Shown here in pieces: positions 8,801 to 23,800 of a stretch of 64,000 bases of DNA. Source of the stretch: Blastocladiella emersonii ATCC 22665 (Eukaryota > Fungi > Blastocladiomycota). The stretch lies in assembly GCA_025594325.1 (NCBI GenBank), contig JANHCV010000015.1, positions 1,004,027-1,068,026 of the forward strand, written 5' to 3'. A program made the translations under genes and the position numbers. The notes beneath the pieces were generated by a model, which saw nothing but the letters and a program-made list of their open reading frames with translations, was not told the DNA's origin and did no database searches. How positions within the stretch are numbered: the first letter of the stretch is position 1; every line of letters begins with the position of its first letter.

Positions 8801-11800
8801 AAAGATTAGAATATGGTTTTGTTTGAGTATCAAGACCATTACCTGCGTGGTCGGTTATGTAGACTCCTATGGTCAGATATTTTGTTGGTTTGATACTGTG
8901 ATTTATGGGTCTCCAACCTGCTGGACATCTGGGAAGTCATAGATTTGAGTATGGTTTTGTTTGAGTACCATGACAATTATCTCCGCAGCTTGTTTACTAT
9001 GTTTCCATGGTCAGTTTTATTGTTGCTTTGAATTTACGATTTATGGGTCCTGAACAAGCTGGACATGTGAATAGTCAAAGACTTGACTATGGTTTTGTTT
9101 GAGTGCCATGACAATTACCTACGTGGCTTGTATACTCTATTTCCATGGTCAGATATTTGTTGGTTCGATATTACGATTTATGGGTCCTCAACCAGCTTGA
9201 CATGCGGGAAAGCAAAGATTAGAATATGGTTTTGATTAAGTACCATGACAATCATCTGCGTGGCTGGTTTACTATATTTCCATGGTCAGATATTTTGTTG
9301 GTTCGATACTGTGATGTATGGGTCCCTGGCCAGCTGGACACACGGTAAAGCAAAGACTTGAAGATGGTTTTGTTTGAGTACCATAACAATCATGTACGAG
9401 GTTGGTTTACTATCTTTCTGTTGTCAAATATTTAGTTGCCGTGATACTGTGATTTATGGGTCCCTGGCTAGCAGGACAAGCGGGTAGTCAAAGATTTGAA
9501 TATGGTTTTGTTCGACTACCATGACAATTGTCTCCGTGGCTGGTTTGGTACGTCCCTATCATTGGTAAATTCATTGCGTGCATATTGTGATTCGTGGAGG
9601 GTCAATGTTGCTGCTACCTTGCCCGCATGCGCGCTGCGTCCGCCGACCCACCTAGGCCAGACAGGAAGGAAAGGGGACCCCAAGAGCCCCACGACACCAC
9701 TGTAGCTCCACTACCACCACAGCACCCACCAACACCACCTACAAACAAACACGACCCGCCAAGGCGCACGCAGCGACACCCGCAGCCATGCATGCCATGG
9801 CGTTGGTGGATGGTGGCCAACCAATCCTCATCACACACGACACGTATGAAGGTCTGCCTGCATCCACCCATCCATTCATTCAACACACGCTCCCTCACGC
9901 ACCCTTTCACTTGTGTTGCTTGACAGCCAGCTAGCCAGGTCCGGCTGCTGCTACCTATCCATTCTGCCTGCCTCCCACGCCCGCCGCGTCCTGAGCCAGG
10001 CAGGGCTGTGCTGCGATACACGGCCGCGGCCAGTCCACGGTAATGGTACCCATGCAGTACGTTCCATGGCCGCCCGGCCACCCTAGCTTGGTGCTTGTGT
10101 GTCCCCTTGGTCACCTTGGTCACCTTGGTCACCTTGGTCACCTTGGTCACTTGGTCACTTGGTCTCTTGGTCTCTTGGCGCTTGTGATGGAGGTCTATCT
10201 AACCCAGGCACGCACGGACACAGGCCCGCACGCCCACACGCACTCCCGCCAGGAGCATGTGGTGTGTGGGTCATCATCCACCATTCAGTTTGTAGTCCCT
10301 AGCACCCCTTGGCCCCAGCACTGTCTCCTTCCTGCAGGAGGAGCCCTGCCGCCTCAGCCCTCCGCAGCCAGCCCTCTGCAGCCCAGTGAAGCAGTACGGC
10401 TGCTACGCTGTTTGCAAGGTACGGTGGCCAGGGCGACGCAGGTGCTGTGGTGTTGCTTGCCACTTGGCTGGCGACAGGGGCTGGCGCACCCATTGCAAGG
10501 CGTTCTGACGGACCCCGCGGCCATGAAAGCATGGGGGCAGCACTGGACACGAGTCTATCAATCAACGGCACTGGGAGGGCAGGCAGGCGCACCCGTTGGA
10601 GCGAGCCGACCTGGATGATAAATCATTGTTGAGTTGAGGACGCCTTGCATGCCTGCCGTTCATGCGAGCGTGTGTGACACCAGGGTGGCCGTTTGCGCCG
10701 TGTGCGCACGGCGTGGAGCGCCAGGCGCTGTGCGCTGTGCGCGCTGCACGGTGCGTGGTGTACATCCGTCAGCGGGTGAGTGGTTTCACGCGGATAGACA
10801 GAGGAGCTGCTCGGAACCCTCGTTGGCCCATCATCATGCAGGGCTTGGAGTGGACAGCAGAGCTGGCAGCCTGGAGGAGACCAGTCGTATATTGACAAAC
10901 CGAACCCCTCTCAGACTACATACGAGATAGATAATATCTACTGGGTGGGCGCTGTCAGTCAGGCTGTCAGTGTGGCAGGCTGCCAGGCTGCCAGGCTGCC
11001 AGGGCTCATCATTCATTCCTTTGTTGGCTGGGACGGCAACCAGAGAGCGCGGGCCCACAAAGACTTGCGAGGCGGTGTGGGTGTTCGGATAGCAGGTAGG
11101 CAAGTTGGCAGGTTGGCAGGTTGGCAGGTTGGCAGGTTGGCAGGTTGGCAGGCTGGCAGGTTGGCCGTTTACTTAGTTGATTGGACCGTGTACTTTGACG
11201 ACGGGCTCCATACTTAGGGGATCGAAGAGTTGGCTAGTGGAGTGTGCACAAAGCGGTAGATTTGAATATCTGGCGCTTTGGTTCCTTGCCCACCTGGACG
11301 TGAGGGTATACGAAGATTTGATTGAGTATAGTTATGTTTGAGTACCATGACAATTATCAGCGTGGCGGGATTGATACATCCCGCTTGTCGGAAATTTTGT
11401 TGGTTCAATACTGTGATTTATCGGCCCTTGCCCACCTGGACATGGGGCACTCGAAGATTTGAGTATGGTTTCGTTTGAGTGCCATGACAATTATCTGCGT
11501 GGCTGGTTTACGACATTTCTTTGGTCAGATATTGTGTTGCTGTGATACTGTGATTTATGGGTCCCTGGCTAGCTGGACAAGCGGGAAGTGAAAGATTTGA
11601 ATATGGTTTTGTTTGAGTATCAAGACCATTACCTGCGTGGTCGGTTATGTAGACTCCTATGGTCAGATATTTTGTTGGTTTGATACTGTGATTTATGGGT
11701 CTCCAACCTGCTGGACATCTGGGAAGTCATAGATTTGAGTATGGTTTTGTTTGAGTACCATGACAATTATCTCCGCAGCTTGTTTACTATGTTTCCATGG

Positions 11801-14800
11801 TCAGTTTTATTGTTGCTTTGAATTTACGATTTATGGGTCCTGAACAAGCTGGACATGTGAATAGTCAAAGACTTGACTATGGTTTTGTTTGAGTGCCATG
11901 ACAATTACCTACGTGGCTTGTATACTCTATTTCCATGGTCAGATATTTGTTGGTTCGATATTACGATTTATGGGTCCTCAACCAGCTTGACATGCGGGAA
12001 AGCAAAGATTAGAATATGGTTTTGATTAAGTACCATGACAATCATCTGCGTGGCTGGTTTACTATATTTCCATGGTCAGATATTTTGTTGGTTCGATACT
12101 GTGATGTATGGGTCCCTGGCCAGCTGGACACACGGTAAAGCAAAGACTTGAAGATGGTTTTGTTTGAGTACCATAACAATCATGTACGAGGTTGGTTTAC
12201 TATCTTTCTGTTGTCAAATATTTAGTTGCCGTGATACTGTGATTTATGGGTCCCTGGCTAGCAGGACAAGCGGGTAGTCAAAGATTTGAATATGGTTTTG
12301 TTCGACTACCATGACAATTGTCTCCGTGGCTGGTTTGGTACGTCCCTATCATTGGTAAATTCATTGCGTGCATATTGTGATTCGTGGAGGGTCAATGTTG
12401 CTGCTACCTTGCCCGCATGCGCGCTGCGTCCGCCGACCCACCTAGGCCAGACAGGAAGGAAAGGGGACCCCAAGAGCCCCACGACACCACTGTAGCTCCA
12501 CTACCACCACAGCACCCACCAACACCACCTACAAACAAACACGACCCGCCAAGGCGCACGCAGCGACACCCGCAGCCATGCATGCCATGGCGTTGGTGGA
12601 TGGTGGCCAACCAATCCTCATCACACACGACACGTATGAAGGTCTGCCTGCATCCACCCATCCATTCATTCAACACACGCTCCCTCACGCACCCTTTCAC
12701 TTGTGTTGCTTGACAGCCAGCTAGCCAGGTCCGGCTGCTGCTACCTATCCATTCTGCCTGCCTCCCACGCCCGCCGCGTCCTGAGCCAGGCAGGGCTGTG
12801 CTGCGATACACGGCCGCGGCCAGTCCACGGTAATGGTACCCATGCAGTACGTTCCATGGCCGCCCGGCCACCCTAGCTTGGTGCTTGTGTGTCCCCTTGG
12901 TCACCTTGGTCACCTTGGTCACCTTGGTCACCTTGGTCACTTGGTCACTTGGTCTCTTGGTCTCTTGGCGCTTGTGATGGAGGTCTATCTAACCCAGGCA
13001 CGCACGGACACAGGCCCGCACGCCCACACGCACTCCCGCCAGGAGCATGTGGTGTGTGGGTCATCATCCACCATTCAGTTTGTAGTCCCTAGCACCCCTT
13101 GGCCCCAGCACTGTCTCCTTCCTGCAGGAGGAGCCCTGCCGCCTCAGCCCTCCGCAGCCAGCCCTCTGCAGCCCAGTGAAGCAGTACGGCTGCTACGCTG
13201 TTTGCAAGGTACGGTGGCCAGGGCGACGCAGGTGCTGTGGTGTTGCTTGCCACTTGGCTGGCGACAGGGGCTGGCGCACCCATTGCAAGGCGTTCTGACG
13301 GACCCCGCGGCCATGAAAGCATGGGGGCAGCACTGGACACGAGTCTATCAATCAACGGCACTGGGAGGGCAGGCAGGCGCACCCGTTGGAGCGAGCCGAC
13401 CTGGATGATAAATCATTGTTGAGTTGAGGACGCCTTGCATGCCTGCCGTTCATGCGAGCGTGTGTGACACCAGGGTGGCCGTTTGCGCCGTGTGCGCACG
13501 GCGTGGAGCGCCAGGCGCTGTGCGCTGTGCGCGCTGCACGGTGCGTGGTGTACATCCGTCAGCGGGTGAGTGGTTTCACGCGGATAGACAGAGGAGCTGC
13601 TCGGAACCCTCGTTGGCCCATCATCATGCAGGGCTTGGAGTGGACAGCAGAGCTGGCAGCCTGGAGGAGACCAGTCGTATATTGACAAACCGAACCCCTC
13701 TCAGACTACATACGAGATAGATAATATCTACTGGGTGGGCGCTGTCAGTCAGGCTGTCAGTGTGGCAGGCTGCCAGGCTGCCAGGCTGCCAGGGCTCATC
13801 ATTCATTCCTTTGTTGGCTGGGACGGCAACCAGAGAGCGCGGGCCCACAAAGACTTGCGAGGCGGTGTGGGTGTTCGGATAGCAGGTAGGCAAGTTGGCA
13901 GGTTGGCAGGTTGGCAGGTTGGCAGGTTGGCAGGTTGGCAGGCTGGCAGGTTGGCCGTTTACTTAGTTGATTGGACCGTGTACTTTGACGACGGGCTCCA
14001 TACTTAGGGGATCGAAGAGTTGGCTAGTGGAGTGTGCACAAAGCGGTAGATTTGAATATCTGGCGCTTTGGTTCCTTGCCCACCTGGACGTGAGGGTATA
14101 CGAAGATTTGATTGAGTATAGTTATGTTTGAGTACCATGACAATTATCAGCGTGGCGGGATTGATACATCCCGCTTGTCGGAAATTTTGTTGGTTCAATA
14201 CTGTGATTTATCGGCCCTTGCCCACCTGGACATGGGGCACTCGAAGATTTGAGTATGGTTTCGTTTGAGTGCCATGACAATTATCTGCGTGGCTGGTTTA
14301 CGACATTTCTTTGGTCAGATATTGTGTTGCTGTGATACTGTGATTTATGGGTCCCTGGCTAGCTGGACAAGCGGGAAGTGAAAGATTTGAATATGGTTTT
14401 GTTTGAGTATCAAGACCATTACCTGCGTGGTCGGTTATGTAGACTCCTATGGTCAGATATTTTGTTGGTTTGATACTGTGATTTATGGGTCTCCAACCTG
14501 CTGGACATCTGGGAAGTCATAGATTTGAGTATGGTTTTGTTTGAGTACCATGACAATTATCTCCGCAGCTTGTTTACTATGTTTCCATGGTCAGTTTTAT
14601 TGTTGCTTTGAATTTACGATTTATGGGTCCTGAACAAGCTGGACATGTGAATAGTCAAAGACTTGACTATGGTTTTGTTTGAGTGCCATGACAATTACCT
14701 ACGTGGCTTGTATACTCTATTTCCATGGTCAGATATTTGTTGGTTCGATATTACGATTTATGGGTCCTCAACCAGCTTGACATGCGGGAAAGCAAAGATT

Positions 14801-17800
14801 AGAATATGGTTTTGATTAAGTACCATGACAATCATCTGCGTGGCTGGTTTACTATATTTCCATGGTCAGATATTTTGTTGGTTCGATACTGTGATGTATG
14901 GGTCCCTGGCCAGCTGGACACACGGTAAAGCAAAGACTTGAAGATGGTTTTGTTTGAGTACCATAACAATCATGTACGAGGTTGGTTTACTATCTTTCTG
15001 TTGTCAAATATTTAGTTGCCGTGATACTGTGATTTATGGGTCCCTGGCTAGCAGGACAAGCGGGTAGTCAAAGATTTGAATATGGTTTTGTTCGACTACC
15101 ATGACAATTGTCTCCGTGGCTGGTTTGGTACGTCCCTATCATTGGTAAATTCATTGCGTGCATATTGTGATTCGTGGAGGGTCAATGTTGCTGCTACCTT
15201 GCCCGCATGCGCGCTGCGTCCGCCGACCCACCTAGGCCAGACAGGAAGGAAAGGGGACCCCAAGAGCCCCACGACACCACTGTAGCTCCACTACCACCAC
15301 AGCACCCACCAACACCACCTACAAACAAACACGACCCGCCAAGGCGCACGCAGCGACACCCGCAGCCATGCATGCCATGGCGTTGGTGGATGGTGGCCAA
15401 CCAATCCTCATCACACACGACACGTATGAAGGTCTGCCTGCATCCACCCATCCATTCATTCAACACACGCTCCCTCACGCACCCTTTCACTTGTGTTGCT
15501 TGACAGCCAGCTAGCCAGGTCCGGCTGCTGCTACCTATCCATTCTGCCTGCCTCCCACGCCCGCCGCGTCCTGAGCCAGGCAGGGCTGTGCTGCGATACA
15601 CGGCCGCGGCCAGTCCACGGTAATGGTACCCATGCAGTACGTTCCATGGCCGCCCGGCCACCCTAGCTTGGTGCTTGTGTGTCCCCTTGGTCACCTTGGT
15701 CACCTTGGTCACCTTGGTCACCTTGGTCACTTGGTCACTTGGTCTCTTGGTCTCTTGGCGCTTGTGATGGAGGTCTATCTAACCCAGGCACGCACGGACA
15801 CAGGCCCGCACGCCCACACGCACTCCCGCCAGGAGCATGTGGTGTGTGGGTCATCATCCACCATTCAGTTTGTAGTCCCTAGCACCCCTTGGCCCCAGCA
15901 CTGTCTCCTTCCTGCAGGAGGAGCCCTGCCGCCTCAGCCCTCCGCAGCCAGCCCTCTGCAGCCCAGTGAAGCAGTACGGCTGCTACGCTGTTTGCAAGGT
16001 ACGGTGGCCAGGGCGACGCAGGTGCTGTGGTGTTGCTTGCCACTTGGCTGGCGACAGGGGCTGGCGCACCCATTGCAAGGCGTTCTGACGGACCCCGCGG
16101 CCATGAAAGCATGGGGGCAGCACTGGACACGAGTCTATCAATCAACGGCACTGGGAGGGCAGGCAGGCGCACCCGTTGGAGCGAGCCGACCTGGATGATA
16201 AATCATTGTTGAGTTGAGGACGCCTTGCATGCCTGCCGTTCATGCGAGCGTGTGTGACACCAGGGTGGCCGTTTGCGCCGTGTGCGCACGGCGTGGAGCG
16301 CCAGGCGCTGTGCGCTGTGCGCGCTGCACGGTGCGTGGTGTACATCCGTCAGCGGGTGAGTGGTTTCACGCGGATAGACAGAGGAGCTGCTCGGAACCCT
16401 CGTTGGCCCATCATCATGCAGGGCTTGGAGTGGACAGCAGAGCTGGCAGCCTGGAGGAGACCAGTCGTATATTGACAAACCGAACCCCTCTCAGACTACA
16501 TACGAGATAGATAATATCTACTGGGTGGGCGCTGTCAGTCAGGCTGTCAGTGTGGCAGGCTGCCAGGCTGCCAGGCTGCCAGGGCTCATCATTCATTCCT
16601 TTGTTGGCTGGGACGGCAACCAGAGAGCGCGGGCCCACAAAGACTTGCGAGGCGGTGTGGGTGTTCGGATAGCAGGTAGGCAAGTTGGCAGGTTGGCAGG
16701 TTGGCAGGCTGGCAGGTTGGCCGTTTACTTAGTTGATTGGACCGTGTACTTTGACGACGGGCTCCATACTTAGGGGATCGAAGAGTTGGCTAGTGGAGTG
16801 TGCACAAAGCGGTAGATTTGAATATCTGGCGCTTTGGTTCCTTGCCCACCTGGACGTGAGGGTATACGAAGATTTGATTGAGTATAGTTATGTTTGAGTA
16901 CCATGACAATTATCAGCGTGGCGGGATTGATACATCCCGCTTGTCGGAAATTTTGTTGGTTCAATACTGTGATTTATCGGCCCTTGCCCACCTGGACATG
17001 GGGCACTCGAAGATTTGAGTATGGTTTCGTTTGAGTGCCATGACAATTATCTGCGTGGCTGGTTTACGACATTTCTTTGGTCAGATATTGTGTTGCTGTG
17101 ATACTGTGATTTATGGGTCCCTGGCTAGCTGGACAAGCGGGAAGTGAAAGATTAGAATATGGTTTTGTTTGAGTATCAAGACCATTACCTGCGTGGTCGG
17201 TTATGTAGACTCCTATGGTCAGATATTTTGTTGGTTTGATACTGTGATTTATGGGTCTCCAACCTGCTGGACATCTGGGAAGTCATAGATTTGAGTATGG
17301 TTTTGTTTGAGTACCATGACAATTATCTCCGCAGCTTGTTTACTATGTTTCCATGGTCAGTTTTATTGTTGCTTTGAATTTACGATTTATGGGTCCTGAA
17401 CAAGCTGGACATGTGAATAGTCAAAGACTTGACTATGGTTTTGTTTGAGTGCCATGACAATTACCTACGTGGCTTGTATACTCTATTTCCATGGTCAGAT
17501 ATTTGTTGGTTCGATATTACGATTTATGGGTCCTCAACCAGCTTGACATGCGGGAAAGCAAAGATTAGAATATGGTTTTGATTAAGTACCATGACAATCA
17601 TCTGCGTGGCTGGTTTACTATATTTCCATGGTCAGATATTTTGTTGGTTCGATACTGTGATGTATGGGTCCCTGGCCAGCTGGACACACGGTAAAGCAAA
17701 GACTTGAAGATGGTTTTGTTTGAGTACCATAACAATCATGTACGAGGTTGGTTTACTATCTTTCTGTTGTCAAATATTTAGTTGCCGTGATACTGTGATT

Positions 17801-20800
17801 TATGGGTCCCTGGCTAGCAGGACAAGCGGGTAGTCAAAGATTTGAATATGGTTTTGTTCGACTACCATGACAATTGTCTCCGTGGCTGGTTTGGTACGTC
17901 CCTATCATTGGTAAATTCATTGCGTGCATATTGTGATTCGTGGAGGGTCAATGTTGCTGCTACCTTGCCCGCATGCGCGCTGCGTCCGCCGACCCACCTA
18001 GGCCAGACAGGAAGGAAAGGGGACCCCAAGAGCCCCACGACACCACTGTAGCTCCACTACCACCACAGCACCCACCAACACCACCTACAAACAAACACGA
18101 CCCGCCAAGGCGCACGCAGCGACACCCGCAGCCATGCATGCCATGGCGTTGGTGGATGGTGGCCAACCAATCCTCATCACACACGACACGTATGAAGGTC
18201 TGCCTGCATCCACCCATCCATTCATTCAACACACGCTCCCTCACGCACCCTTTCACTTGTGTTGCTTGACAGCCAGCTAGCCAGGTCCGGCTGCTGCTAC
18301 CTATCCATTCTGCCTGCCTCCCACGCCCGCCGCGTCCTGAGCCAGGCAGGGCTGTGCTGCGATACACGGCCGCGGCCAGTCCACGGTAATGGTACCCATG
18401 CAGTACGTTCCATGGCCGCCCGGCCACCCTAGCTTGGTGCTTGTGTGTCCCCTTGGTCACCTTGGTCACCTTGGTCACCTTGGTCACCTTGGTCACTTGG
18501 TCACTTGGTCTCTTGGTCTCTTGGCGCTTGTGATGGAGGTCTATCTAACCCAGGCACGCACGGACACAGGCCCGCACGCCCACACGCACTCCCGCCAGGA
18601 GCATGTGGTGTGTGGGTCATCATCCACCATTCAGTTTGTAGTCCCTAGCACCCCTTGGCCCCAGCACTGTCTCCTTCCTGCAGGAGGAGCCCTGCCGCCT
18701 CAGCCCTCCGCAGCCAGCCCTCTGCAGCCCAGTGAAGCAGTACGGCTGCTACGCTGTTTGCAAGGTACGGTGGCCAGGGCGACGCAGGTGCTGTGGTGTT
18801 GCTTGCCACTTGGCTGGCGACAGGGGCTGGCGCACCCATTGCAAGGCGTTCTGACGGACCCCGCGGCCATGAAAGCATGGGGGCAGCACTGGACACGAGT
18901 CTATCAATCAACGGCACTGGGAGGGCAGGCAGGCGCACCCGTTGGAGCGAGCCGACCTGGATGATAAATCATTGTTGAGTTGAGGACGCCTTGCATGCCT
19001 GCCGTTCATGCGAGCGTGTGTGACACCAGGGTGGCCGTTTGCGCCGTGTGCGCACGGCGTGGAGCGCCAGGCGCTGTGCGCTGTGCGCGCTGCACGGTGC
19101 GTGGTGTACATCCGTCAGCGGGTGAGTGGTTTCACGCGGATAGACAGAGGAGCTGCTCGGAACCCTCGTTGGCCCATCATCATGCAGGGCTTGGAGTGGA
19201 CAGCAGAGCTGGCAGCCTGGAGGAGACCAGTCGTATATTGACAAACCGAACCCCTCTCAGACTACATACGAGATAGATAATATCTACTGGGTGGGCGCTG
19301 TCAGTCAGGCTGTCAGTGTGGCAGGCTGCCAGGCTGCCAGGCTGCCAGGGCTCATCATTCATTCCTTTGTTGGCTGGGACGGCAACCAGAGAGCGCGGGC
19401 CCACAAAGACTTGCGAGGCGGTGTGGGTGTTCGGATAGCAGGTAGGCAAGTTGGCAGGTTGGCAGGTTGGCAGGTTGGCAGGTTGGCAGGTTGGCAGGCT
19501 GGCAGGTTGGCCGTTTACTTAGTTGATTGGACCGTGTACTTTGACGACGGGCTCCATACTTAGGGGATCGAAGAGTTGGCTAGTGGAGTGTGCACAAAGC
19601 GGTAGATTTGAATATCTGGCGCTTTGGTTCCTTGCCCACCTGGACGTGAGGGTATACGAAGATTTGATTGAGTATAGTTATGTTTGAGTACCATGACAAT
19701 TATCAGCGTGGCGGGATTGATACATCCCGCTTGTCGGAAATTTTGTTGGTTCAATACTGTGATTTATCGGCCCTTGCCCACCTGGACATGGGGCACTCGA
19801 AGATTTGAGTATGGTTTCGTTTGAGTGCCATGACAATTATCTGCGTGGCTGGTTTACGACATTTCTTTGGTCAGATATTGTGTTGCTGTGATACTGTGAT
19901 TTATGGGTCCCTGGCTAGCTGGACAAGCGGGAAGTGAAAGATTTGAATATGGTTTTGTTTGAGTATCAAGACCATTACCTGCGTGGTCGGTTATGTAGAC
20001 TCCTATGGTCAGATATTTTGTTGGTTTGATACTGTGATTTATGGGTCTCCAACCTGCTGGACATCTGGGAAGTCATAGATTTGAGTATGGTTTTGTTTGA
20101 GTACCATGACAATTATCTCCGCAGCTTGTTTACTATGTTTCCATGGTCAGTTTTATTGTTGCTTTGAATTTACGATTTATGGGTCCTGAACAAGCTGGAC
20201 ATGTGAATAGTCAAAGACTTGACTATGGTTTTGTTTGAGTGCCATGACAATTACCTACGTGGCTTGTATACTCTATTTCCATGGTCAGATATTTGTTGGT
20301 TCGATATTACGATTTATGGGTCCTCAACCAGCTTGACATGCGGGAAAGCAAAGATTAGAATATGGTTTTGATTAAGTACCATGACAATCATCTGCGTGGC
20401 TGGTTTACTATATTTCCATGGTCAGATATTTTGTTGGTTCGATACTGTGATGTATGGGTCCCTGGCCAGCTGGACACACGGTAAAGCAAAGACTTGAAGA
20501 TGGTTTTGTTTGAGTACCATAACAATCATGTACGAGGTTGGTTTACTATCTTTCTGTTGTCAAATATTTAGTTGCCGTGATACTGTGATTTATGGGTCCC
20601 TGGCTAGCAGGACAAGCGGGTAGTCAAAGATTTGAATATGGTTTTGTTCGACTACCATGACAATTGTCTCCGTGGCTGGTTTGGTACGTCCCTATCATTG
20701 GTAAATTCATTGCGTGCATATTGTGATTCGTGGAGGGTCAATGTTGCTGCTACCTTGCCCGCATGCGCGCTGCGTCCGCCGACCCACCTAGGCCAGACAG

Positions 20801-23800
20801 GAAGGAAAGGGGACCCCAAGAGCCCCACGACACCACTGTAGCTCCACTACCACCACAGCACCCACCAACACCACCTACAAACAAACACGACCCGCCAAGG
20901 CGCACGCAGCGACACCCGCAGCCATGCATGCCATGGCGTTGGTGGATGGTGGCCAACCAATCCTCATCACACACGACACGTATGAAGGTCTGCCTGCATC
21001 CACCCATCCATTCATTCAACACACGCTCCCTCACGCACCCTTTCACTTGTGTTGCTTGACAGCCAGCTAGCCAGGTCCGGCTGCTGCTACCTATCCATTC
21101 TGCCTGCCTCCCACGCCCGCCGCGTCCTGAGCCAGGCAGGGCTGTGCTGCGATACACGGCCGCGGCCAGTCCACGGTAATGGTACCCATGCAGTACGTTC
21201 CATGGCCGCCCGGCCACCCTAGCTTGGTGCTTGTGTGTCCCCTTGGTCACCTTGGTCACCTTGGTCACCTTGGTCACCTTGGTCACTTGGTCACTTGGTC
21301 TCTTGGTCTCTTGGCGCTTGTGATGGAGGTCTATCTAACCCAGGCACGCACGGACACAGGCCCGCACGCCCACACGCACTCCCGCCAGGAGCATGTGGTG
21401 TGTGGGTCATCATCCACCATTCAGTTTGTAGTCCCTAGCACCCCTTGGCCCCAGCACTGTCTCCTTCCTGCAGGAGGAGCCCTGCCGCCTCAGCCCTCCG
21501 CAGCCAGCCCTCTGCAGCCCAGTGAAGCAGTACGGCTGCTACGCTGTTTGCAAGGTACGGTGGCCAGGGCGACGCAGGTGCTGTGGTGTTGCTTGCCACT
21601 TGGCTGGCGACAGGGGCTGGCGCACCCATTGCAAGGCGTTCTGACGGACCCCGCGGCCATGAAAGCATGGGGGCAGCACTGGACACGAGTCTATCAATCA
21701 ACGGCACTGGGAGGGCAGGCAGGCGCACCCGTTGGAGCGAGCCGACCTGGATGATAAATCATTGTTGAGTTGAGGACGCCTTGCATGCCTGCCGTTCATG
21801 CGAGCGTGTGTGACACCAGGGTGGCCGTTTGCGCCGTGTGCGCACGGCGTGGAGCGCCAGGCGCTGTGCGCTGTGCGCGCTGCACGGTGCGTGGTGTACA
21901 TCCGTCAGCGGGTGAGTGGTTTCACGCGGATAGACAGAGGAGCTGCTCGGAACCCTCGTTGGCCCATCATCATGCAGGGCTTGGAGTGGACAGCAGAGCT
22001 GGCAGCCTGGAGGAGACCAGTCGTATATTGACAAACCGAACCCCTCTCAGACTACATACGAGATAGATAATATCTACTGGGTGGGCGCTGTCAGTCAGGC
22101 TGTCAGTGTGGCAGGCTGCCAGGCTGCCAGGCTGCCAGGGCTCATCATTCATTCCTTTGTTGGCTGGGACGGCAACCAGAGAGCGCGGGCCCACAAAGAC
22201 TTGCGAGGCGGTGTGGGTGTTCGGATAGCAGGTAGGCAAGTTGGCAGGTTGGCAGGTTGGCAGGCTGGCAGGTTGGCCGTTTACTTAGTTGATTGGACCG
22301 TGTACTTTGACGACGGGCTCCATACTTAGGGGATCGAAGAGTTGGCTAGTGGAGTGTGCACAAAGCGGTAGATTTGAATATCTGGCGCTTTGGTTCCTTG
22401 CCCACCTGGACGTGAGGGTATACGAAGATTTGATTGAGTATAGTTATGTTTGAGTACCATGACAATTATCAGCGTGGCGGGATTGATACATCCCGCTTGT
22501 CGGAAATTTTGTTGGTTCAATACTGTGATTTATCGGCCCTTGCCCACCTGGACATGGGGCACTCGAAGATTTGAGTATGGTTTCGTTTGAGTGCCATGAC
22601 AATTATCTGCGTGGCTGGTTTACGACATTTCTTTGGTCAGATATTGTGTTGCTGTGATACTGTGATTTATGGGTCCCTGGCTAGCTGGACAAGCGGGAAG
22701 TGAAAGATTAGAATATGGTTTTGTTTGAGTATCAAGACCATTACCTGCGTGGTCGGTTATGTAGACTCCTATGGTCAGATATTTTGTTGGTTTGATACTG
22801 TGATTTATGGGTCTCCAACCTGCTGGACATCTGGGAAGTCATAGATTTGAGTATGGTTTTGTTTGAGTACCATGACAATTATCTCCGCAGCTTGTTTACT
22901 ATGTTTCCATGGTCAGTTTTATTGTTGCTTTGAATTTACGATTTATGGGTCCTGAACAAGCTGGACATGTGAATAGTCAAAGACTTGACTATGGTTTTGT
23001 TTGAGTGCCATGACAATTACCTACGTGGCTTGTATACTCTATTTCCATGGTCAGATATTTGTTGGTTCGATATTACGATTTATGGGTCCTCAACCAGCTT
23101 GACATGCGGGAAAGCAAAGATTAGAATATGGTTTTGATTAAGTACCATGACAATCATCTGCGTGGCTGGTTTACTATATTTCCATGGTCAGATATTTTGT
23201 TGGTTCGATACTGTGATGTATGGGTCCCTGGCCAGCTGGACACACGGTAAAGCAAAGACTTGAAGATGGTTTTGTTTGAGTACCATAACAATCATGTACG
23301 AGGTTGGTTTACTATCTTTCTGTTGTCAAATATTTAGTTGCCGTGATACTGTGATTTATGGGTCCCTGGCTAGCAGGACAAGCGGGTAGTCAAAGATTTG
23401 AATATGGTTTTGTTCGACTACCATGACAATTGTCTCCGTGGCTGGTTTGGTACGTCCCTATCATTGGTAAATTCATTGCGTGCATATTGTGATTCGTGGA
23501 GGGTCAATGTTGCTGCTACCTTGCCCGCATGCGCGCTGCGTCCGCCGACCCACCTAGGCCAGACAGGAAGGAAAGGGGACCCCAAGAGCCCCACGACACC
23601 ACTGTAGCTCCACTACCACCACAGCACCCACCAACACCACCTACAAACAAACACGACCCGCCAAGGCGCACGCAGCGACACCCGCAGCCATGCATGCCAT
23701 GGCGTTGGTGGATGGTGGCCAACCAATCCTCATCACACACGACACGTATGAAGGTCTGCCTGCATCCACCCATCCATTCATTCAACACACGCTCCCTCAC